Shown in pieces: positions 56,501-64,000 of a stretch of DNA of 64,000 nt. Numbering within the stretch: the stretch's first letter is position 1; each line of letters begins with the position of its first letter. The stretch comes from Botryllus schlosseri (Eukaryota): NCBI GenBank assembly GCA_051294905.1, contig CM119371.1, positions 34,040,001 through 34,104,000 of the forward strand, read 5' to 3'. The notes under the pieces are model-generated. The model was not told the DNA's origin. It was given only the letters and a program-made list of their open reading frames with translations, and searched no databases. A program made the translations under genes and the position numbers.

Positions 56501-59500
56501 ACCTACGGCTAACAGCAACTAAAATAATTTCAAGCGTATAATAACTGGAAAAGAATGCTGAAGTAACCAAATACTCCGGCAGGGTCATATGTCGTATGCC
56601 GTTGAAAGGGGTATGCAATGAACTCGCAATGAAGTGCAATTGATGTACAGATTTGCCGTACTTTGGCAGGACGTATTATTGCAAGCTAAACATAGCCAAA
56701 ATTGCAAATTATTAGCAACTTCTATCGGATGTATACTGCACCACCGCAACAACGAATCCTAGTCAATTGCGGATTTATCGGAGCGCATTAATCTTTGAAG
56801 TCGGTTTAAAATGTCCGTAGTACATCACGCATATTGAAAAATCTTTCTCCACTTCTCTGTAGTACCCCATTCACCAATGAATTGTTCGATGCCGGTCCAG
56901 AATGATTATAATATTCCCCACAATAGTATCACTAAAGTCCCAATTACACAGTGCGGAGATCTGATCCTTGTGTTTCGCGACGCGACTGGAGCAGCAGACG
57001 AAAATAATCTACTTAGGTTTTAGATTTTTAGCTTATGATCTACCAGGGCCGTAACTGCCGCACCCGCATCCCCAATAGGGGGAGCTCGAAGTGGCCCAAG
57101 ATTATTTCGTTGGTCGTTTGTTGAAGGATATTTATTCAACTTGAATTTTTTTTGCTCGCTTCGCGCGATTTCATATCCCGGGAGATCGCGATTTAAATAT
57201 CATCAGTTAGAGAAAAATGCGCATATTTTAGAGAAATAGGCATATCGGCGCTGTCAGTGACCACGAATTAAACAGGATTATGACCCCAAGATATCAGGTG
57301 GGCCACAGCACATTTTTAAAACGGAAAATGGGCCAAGGCCAAGAAAGGGCTGAGAACCCCTGCACTAGACACCAGCTACGAACTTACAGTTAAGGTCGCG
57401 TTCCGGTCATACTCCGCTCTGTACTGTCGCTTACAGCGTTCTACATTAACCTAATACATGTAACCTGCGCGTCAGAGAAGACCAAAAGTATGTCACCTTT
57501 ATAGGCTCTTGCGTTTTATCGACCGCACACCCGCCTGAAATCTGGTTTCAAGTTACATTTTAAATATGATTTTGTGATAAGTACGACGAACTATAAACGA
57601 ATGCGCGGCGACTTGGTATGCAGAAATGGGGACCGCAAATATACCACACTTAAGATAAGATACATTTCTCACATTTTTTGAAGTTAAACCCCGCACCGTT
57701 GTTTATGGTATGTCCATGTCGGCCAGCTGGGTGCAGTCAGTCCTTGGAAATTGTGATATGCGAACATGTTGCTTGAAATATAGCAATGCTATCTGAACTA
57801 ACTTGGTGGAGTAAGGTTGCTAACAGAGAGTACACTTCGACTAAGCAGAATAATTCAATAGTATATTCACATTGAAGTAAACCCGAATATTTTCGGCTGC
57901 CATTCTTCAAGCGTAATTGTCATACTAGCTGTTGACGACTACCCCTGATGAGTGTCAGCCGAAAACGTTCGGGTTTATTTCAATATGAATAAATTATTCA
58001 ATTGTGTATTGATGTTCTGTACCTTCAAGAAGCTTGTGAACTAACTTACTGATGAAACTTGTTACATATTTTTCAGTGAAATGCGGGAAATGTAAACGCT
58101 TCAAAATCAAGCAGAAGACCTTCGTTCAGCAGGATTATGACTTCGGTAATGCTTTTTTCTTTTTCTGACTAATTTCCCCGCCCCCAAAATACTCTAAATT
58201 CCACACATATCGAGGTTTGAGTAGGCCTTTATCGCTGTAGATAGACAGCCACGCCATACGGTAGTTCGTTTAGAAACTTGCTCTCTGCTGTCATCGGGAA
58301 TATGTTCCGAATTCTGTTAAAAGTCATCCATATCAATGTTATCGTTATTCTGCAAGTACGTACTTTACTTAATTCACAGCCGGAAAAACGAAAAATGACT
58401 AACGACACTCTACACGGGCACGATTTCCAGTTTTTACGGCGATTCCGATCGTAAAAAGGCTTGAAAACTGTCCCAAAATTACTTCAGACTTTGATAAATC
58501 CTACGAGTACACAGTATGTAGTTTTACCCCAAAATCTGTTGCGTAATCAAAAAACATGACCATACGAGTATATTGCAAGTAGACAAGATCCACTCAACGC
58601 TCCGAAAGATACAAGCACAGCTTTACTCGAGAAACACAACACACTTACAATATTATGACGATTCCAAGCTCATGATGTAGCTTCCTTTTGACATCTAGCG
58701 GATAGATGTCTGACAAATTTTGAATCCTAATATTTGCTCCAATCTAAATGCAGTTTGATTGGGTTTATGAGAGCTTGTCTACCTAATAAATCCCAAAAAG
58801 TATTTGAAAGTTGCAGATGTAGGCCTACGATACGTTCGGTACTTCACCGGACCTGTCGTCTGGCAACACCAGGTTTACCACACGTCCTGCCTTTAGGAGG
58901 ATTTGTCCTCCAGTTTCAAGAAATGTCTTCCTTTCACCCTAATGACGTCCTTTTTGGCAAATTGTCCTCTTTTTAGTCTAAAATGGTCAAAAAGGCCACG
59001 AAAAAGAGTGAAATGTTGGCTTAAAAGACAAACGACGGGTAATTCGGGAGCAAAAAGGGAAAAATGAACTTTTTTTGGTCAAGACAACGAAATTAGATCT
59101 AAAAATACGAAATTGTCCCAGTTATTCGTCCGCAGTAGTAACTTTTGCAGCCTGTCAAAAGTGTTTCCGGATCTCAAAACCCTAGGCAACACCTTAGCAA
59201 CAGTGACAATGCCGGATCCGATATTTCATTGTGATTAACCTCTCTCAAGAGACTCTTGGAGATACCGGACTGCTATCTTTCTCACAGTTTGACCACAATT
59301 GTGTTCCGGTTACGAACCTATCCCTTTTTCTAGTTGTCCGTGCCCGCGTGGAAAAAACAATCCAGAAGCCGTGCGAGGCCGAGGCCAGAGTTAATATCAG
59401 CGACGTGTATCGGATGAAAAAGCTTTTTATCACGCCCGGAGTACAGACGCTCACCTTCAACACGTCTTGTCTGTGTCCGAAACTAAAGCGAAAGTAAGCG

Positions 59501-62500
59501 ATCAATTTGGATAGTTCAACGTCCGTGATCATTTCTAAAGGATGACAATTTCATTCAAATACTGAAAGTTTGTAGGAATTAGAATACCCTGGCATTCGGC
59601 CCACGTCTGCCTTCGAGTTCCATATTGTATATCATGTTTCAGTTGTATCTATACTAGGGTTACCATATTTCAGCAACCTAAATTCCGGACACTCTTTAGC
59701 GCCCACTGGTGGATTTCAAAATGAGTTATGACGTCACACTAGCAAAGCATTGCTCATAGACCAGAGGTGGCCATGGTCCGGTTCAGGAGTATGTGGCTGT
59801 GTGTTGTGTAACCGGGACCGAAAGCACATGTTTTCAGCCCCCTCCTGCCCAAATAAACAATGATTTTGAGCCCACACTATATGGTAATAGATGCAACTTC
59901 TGGTCGGGGGGCGCTTGCTATATAAATCTGGTTTCTATATGCATCTGGTCGTTAAATTATTTGAATAAATTCTGTCAATAATATTGGTCGTTCCATGTAT
60001 TACTATATAGATAAGCCTACTACTCTACGCCCTCACGATCAGAGTTAGCGGTAGTACTGGTGGAGGATGATGAGTTCGAAAATACAGGGAGCGTAATTGC
60101 ACATCGTTAAGTCATGTTCATGTTCTACCTATATAAGATTGTTTATCAGCCTTATGCCGGTGCTCACCACGGAGCTTCATAAACTCCCCACATCCAGTGG
60201 TTTCCAACCTTTTATGGTCGCGACTCCATCTCCAATTTGAAAATGTTCCGTAGCCCAGATCAAAATTTTACGAGCTGATTACTAAAAGAAGTCAGCACCT
60301 TTGCCCAGACTTACTCAAGGGCTATTTCGGAAGCTGATTACGTTCAACATATTCGCAAACCCCAGAATAAAGGCAAAAGACCTCCCTCCGTTTGGAACCA
60401 CTATCTTTGAATAAAGCATTTGAACGGCCTTAACGATCTCTAGGAATATACCGTTCTCCTATAATTGTGATTACAAGTAGGCTTATTCCAGTAAATGAAG
60501 GTCGTTTTTATTTATATTTTATGTCAGTTTTTGCGAGGGTGGTAGTCTCCATATTAAAATCAATAAATGAGATAGTAAATCGCGCGCAGCGCGAAGAAAA
60601 ATATCATGCATCAGCATAAATATTCCCAAAAATATTGTTTTTATGCTAATTTACGAAAAAAGTTATGAGCCTAAGTAAAAATTCCGGACATTTGGCATAT
60701 TTTAGAAATTCCTCCCGGACGCTAGTTTGAACAGTGAAATTCCTGACGTATGGCAACCCTAATCTATACCCGTCCCACGCGAAAATGTTAACTTGGATAA
60801 CATTACGATTGGGATTATGTATGGTTAAGTTGTTATGTAACATCCGTGAAATTGGCGACTATCGCACAATGTCGGACTGTAGTTATAATTAGTCATTATG
60901 TAGCCTATGCGGCCAATAAAAGTATCTACTTGTCGTTACAGTCGCGTGTACGTTTTGGCCGGCCATCAGGACCAAAAGACCGGTAAACTACTGCTCCATC
61001 CGCAAAGCATGGCTGCAAAAGCCGGACGAAAATGGGAAAAGAAGGTTGCGGTGAGTATATAGTTGAGCTACGTATAGACTTCGACGAATTGGAGAATATT
61101 TAAGGCTGCATGCCATACCGTCGTTTTTATCGGATTTGTCCTGATTTTGATGAGCAATGTCCTATAACCTTACAAGATCCTTATAGTTACAAGTTGTGAC
61201 CTAAATTTACCACAATATCTATATGCACGATGCGAATACTGGTAATACACCAGTGGCCAACGATAACTTGAACGATACACCCTAGCTGGCATTCTGGTAA
61301 TGTGATCGTGAATGGTCGAAAGTGATGAACTCCGTTATTTATGCCCGGTCGTTTTTATTTATAGATCCACGTGAATGCTTAGTGCCCTGAGTATTGTCCC
61401 CCACAATTTATTTCGAGCCGAAGTACAGAAAATAAATTGCTTCTTGGTTACACCAGGAAATTAAAAGGAACCGATAGTAGCCAAAACAGTGCGATTTCGC
61501 CAAACGGTGAAATTCAAACCGTAAAATTCTTTCCATTTGACAATCGGTCCAAATTTGTCGGCTTAACCTGTATTAACAATGGAACGAGCCTGGTTGAATA
61601 TATCGAGGTAGTTTAAAGTTTAAACCGACTTCAGTTCCCGATTCACGTAAAACTACTTATTTTCAAATAAGTTGCGTGATAGAAACAGACTACTAAATGA
61701 ATGGTCTAGGGTTGCATTTAAAACAAAAATCAATTTAAAACAAATATGTTTAAAACAAAACCATAATTCAACAGATGTTTTTTATTGTTTTTCATGTTTT
61801 TTTGAAGCTATGACGTCACGAACATTCAATTGTGACGTTATAGTGGATTGACATGGAGTAAATATAGCTCATTTGACGAAATATATGCACTATTATTGTC
61901 GAGCCGACTATTTTGAGGGTTCGAACCATTCCCATATCGATATACGTCGGCTATATCGGTTTATTAATTGTCCGTAGGCACATACAAAATGTTTTTTGGA
62001 AAGTATTTAAACAATTATGGCATAATTTTACAACTAAAAAAACACAATTTTGTTTTTATTTAAAAAGGCCTTTTTTTAAAACCACGGGTTAAAACATGTT
62101 TTAACTCCAGTGGTCGGGAACCTATGGCTCGCGAGCCATATATTTGGGTATAAGATATGGCTCTTTGCCAAATATTTATTTTTGTATTGAACTGATCAAT
62201 ATTGCAACGAGTTGTTGGTAAATTTTAATCGCGGCCAAAATAATTATTCTCGTGGCAGTAATACCAACATGTCTTTGAGAGGTAAAGACAATGTCGTCTT
62301 CAGGTTTAGGAGCTCGGACCCCCACTTTTCAAAATCATCAAATTTAAGTTACTGTCAAGCCGGCGGCCAATATTACTCGCGAATTCTATGACCCGACTCG
62401 AAATCTTGAATTGCGCGATACGTTGATTAATCAAAGAGCATAGCAGACACGGCGTTGCCCATTTCAAAACGCAGTTCTCAAATACGTATTGTCTTCCTGA

Positions 62501-63541
62501 TCTACGTCGCGAAATGAACTGTTGTGAATGTGACAATTACAAACTCGAATTACAAACGATGCCATAGCTATCCACGTTCTTGATCGGTAAGGATAGCTCT
62601 GTGTAGTACCGACGATAAAATGTATACGTGTAGCGCAACGTTATGTTGCCGCCTAATACTTTGACAAGTCGATAAGTATTTAGATTTTCGATATCAGTGT
62701 GACAGTCACATTCGATTAATATCAGTTGTAAAAAATTCTAAGCTATATATGAATTGCGTTATGAAGGGTGAGGCTGCACCCGTCTGTTCTATACCTCTCG
62801 TTTCGACCTTTATTTCCGAACAATAAATACCAGATTTTACTGAGAAAATATGGCGCACACGAGGAATCCCATGCAGTGAGCTCGAATTAGTGCTACCGTG
62901 ACGTCATGAATTTTCAATTGTGACATAACAGTTGATTGGCATGTATGGCTCTTGGGAGTTGAGATGGAAAAATAGGGTCAATATGGCTCTTCGGACAAAA
63001 AAGGTTCCCGAACACTGTTTTAAGCAAAGTGTTTTAAAACACCGTTTGTTTTAAATGGAACCCTAGTATGGTCACTCCAAAAAAATTGAGCAAATAGTTG
63101 AAATCAGTCCTTGTGATTGCAGAAATAGTCAAGATATCTTGTCCTGGTACCCTATTCCATCATATGGTTTTGACTTTGACCACTCTATTCGTATTGCATA
63201 TTTTTTTATTTCAGCGGCAGGGGTATTCTTTGTGCGGGTTTGAGTTACTTGCTACATTGTCTGTTGCAAAGCTTGCTTCTAAACCCTGACTACGCCAATT
63301 ACTCAACCTCCTCCTAGTTAGGCGGTTACACAGTTGTATTTTGCTAATTCCAGAACTGTGATGCATATGGGGGCCTATTCCTGAACTTGTATCGATTTGA
63401 TGTCTTCATTTAATACAGAGATGGATCAAGAAAAGACCCTCCAAGAAAGTTTTGAACCGGCGACGCAGGACACACGACGGTAATCCACCCGCCAGAAGAC
63501 GCAAAAAGGAACGACGCAGTGCCGAACGGGGCTCAGAATAA
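35191..63541 (+). CDS. sFRP3/4: Secreted frizzled-related protein, sFRP3/4 (FRZB-like), 326 aa. Exons 35191-35520, 38915-39074, 54624-54653, 58077-58145, 59334-59493, 60942-61050, 63419-63541
   Basis: Hydrophobic signal region, Frizzled CRD (CEPL..CRDMPW..THMPNLVHHSSQ..LFYLCSMFTPMC..PPCRSIC..SWPEALDC..GMCIEP), and NTR domain (CGKCK..QKTF..DFVVRARV..SCLCPKL..YVLAG). All junctions are GT-AG and in phase. Confidence 0.93.
35761..35940 (+). mobile_element. tRNA-derived SINE fragment (family 2)
   Basis: A-box-like AGCGTAGTGGTA and B box GGTTCGAGTCC. Confidence 0.55.
37981..38018. repeat. 18-bp tandem duplication
   Basis: GTGTCGGAAAGTACCGTG occurs twice in tandem. Confidence 0.8.
38915..39074 (+). 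CDS. sFRP3/4: sFRP exon 2 (C-terminal half of CRD)
   Basis: Acceptor ttccag| and donor |gtgagt. Confidence 0.95.
46341..46673. mobile_element. Mutator-like element filled with a 15-bp tandem array
   Basis: GG...CC termini; inverted CAATACCGAGAAAACC; 9-bp TSD AAGTGATCT; repeats of GGACATTACCGAGAA. Confidence 0.8.
49726..50737. mobile_element. hAT MITE hosting foldback copy 2
   Basis: Ends CAGTGGTT / AACCACTG; TSD GTCTAGAG/GTCTAGAA. Confidence 0.78.
49920..50580. mobile_element. Foldback element I, copy 2
   Basis: Palindrome homologous to 26328-26990; TSD-like ACTGTTCATC/ACTGTTTATT. Confidence 0.9.
54624..54653 (+). CDS. sFRP3/4: sFRP exon 3, 30-nt linker microexon (EVRSCSVANP)
   Basis: ctaat branch-like site, acceptor tctctttttgcag|, donor cag|gtaaga; phase 1/1. 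Confidence 0.7.
56238..57362. mobile_element. hAT non-autonomous element containing a family G end (about 57044-57170)
   Basis: Ends CAGGGGTTCTCA / TGAGAACCCCTG; TSD CACTAGAC; GTGGGCCA subterminal motifs. Confidence 0.88.
57941..57974 (+). ncRNA. Putative minimal type I hammerhead ribozyme motif (Penelope-like)
   Basis: accc-CTGATGA-gtgtcagcc-GAAA-acgt-TC-gggt: conserved core, 4-bp helix I, palindromic helix III (AACGTT), weak helix II. Confidence 0.6.
58077..58145 (+). CDS. sFRP3/4: sFRP exon 4 (start of NTR, KCGKCKRF)
   Basis: Acceptor tttttcag| and donor |gtaatg. Confidence 0.9.
58870..59184. mobile_element. hAT MITE (GAGGAC family)
   Basis: Ends CAGGTTT / AAACCCTA; TSD GGCAACAC. Confidence 0.7.
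59334..59493 (+). CDS. sFRP3/4: sFRP exon 5 (NTR, VVRARV..SCLCPKL)
   Basis: Acceptor tttttctag| and donor |gtaagc. Confidence 0.92.
59655..60761. mobile_element. hAT MITE with a nested small MITE (60195-60403)
   Basis: Ends TAGGGTTACCATA / TATGGCAACCCTA; TSD ATCTATAC. Confidence 0.87.
60942..61050 (+). CDS. sFRP3/4: sFRP exon 6 (RVYVLAGH..KWEKKVA)
   Basis: Acceptor ttacag| and donor |gtgagt. Confidence 0.9.
61707..63065. mobile_element. hAT MITE with TTTAAAAC motifs hosting a family A copy
   Basis: Ends TAGGGTTGCATTTAAAACAAA / TTTGTTTTAAATGGAACCCTA; TSD GAATGGTC/GTATGGTC. Confidence 0.8.
62108..63017 (-). mobile_element. hAT MITE family A, full length
   Basis: Reverse-complement match to 17782-18717; TSD eroded. 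Confidence 0.88.
63419..63541 (+). CDS. sFRP3/4: sFRP exon 7 (RW + basic tail + stop)
   Basis: Acceptor atacag|; the opening RW matches the conserved xRW of FRZB; TAA at 63539-63541. Confidence 0.8.
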   Translation, partial: RWIKKRPSKKVLNRRRRTHDGNPPARRRKKERRSAERGSE

Positions 63542-64000
63542 ACGGTCAGCTTAACGCGAAAGATCAACCAAGATACAGCTGCGCCCTTCTCGAGAGACTT
63601 GTCGCGTTTACCGAGTTTTAGGTACTCACAAGTACTAACGTAGCACTTAAACCGCACCGAGTGACAATTTGATTCACCCGCAGACTGCCGTGATAAAGTT
63701 GAGCCACGTTTGTGAGTGCGAGTGGGGATTGTAGTCGAGCAATCGCCAGTTTAGAAACGCCTGTAAATCGTCAATTGGCTGATATAGATGATATAGAAAC
63801 GTCAGTCAGCCGAGTGCTGTTATTTCCCGCCTGGCATAACCAATTTTGTAAATTACTTCGACGGAATTGTGTAGTACTAATCAAAACAGTGGGGAGTTCC
63901 ATCATTCTCCAGGCCTATCTGCTTTATTTACAAATCTGCTTATCCGGGAGATGGCGCTGATGAACCGAAGCAATATTCTCCGAGATAGCACAAGTTGATG

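Noticed and set aside
56560..56920. hAT dimerisation-domain relic (QFW..IPLSTAY) on the minus strand
   Set aside because: The similarity is too weak to call without a search.
63207..63290. Strong acceptor tttatttcag at about 63214 as the last sFRP exon
   Set aside because: Its translation lacks the conserved RW, so 63419 fits better.

Overview
AT-rich, intron-rich animal genomic DNA, most likely an invertebrate deuterostome such as an ascidian (inference). Two spliced + strand genes can be rebuilt by hand with consistent GT-AG phases. (1) The 3' seven exons (55-9160) of a GT32/DXD glycosyltransferase. (2) A complete 7-exon secreted frizzled-related protein of the sFRP3/4 (FRZB-like) class (35191-63541, 326 aa). 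Its CRD lacks the C3/C8 cysteine pair, and it has a 30-nt microexon and a very basic tail. The remainder is a dense, often nested set of non-autonomous transposons: hAT MITEs with 8-bp TSDs, a Harbinger-type element, a decayed Chapaev3-like transposon, Mutator-like and foldback elements, and tRNA-derived SINEs. The most unusual signals are a minimal hammerhead-ribozyme motif in an inverted pair inside an sFRP intron, foldback elements whose two arms co-vary within each copy, and multi-layer transposon nests. I see no well-supported wholly new multi-gene system. Most ORFs in the supplied track are spurious.
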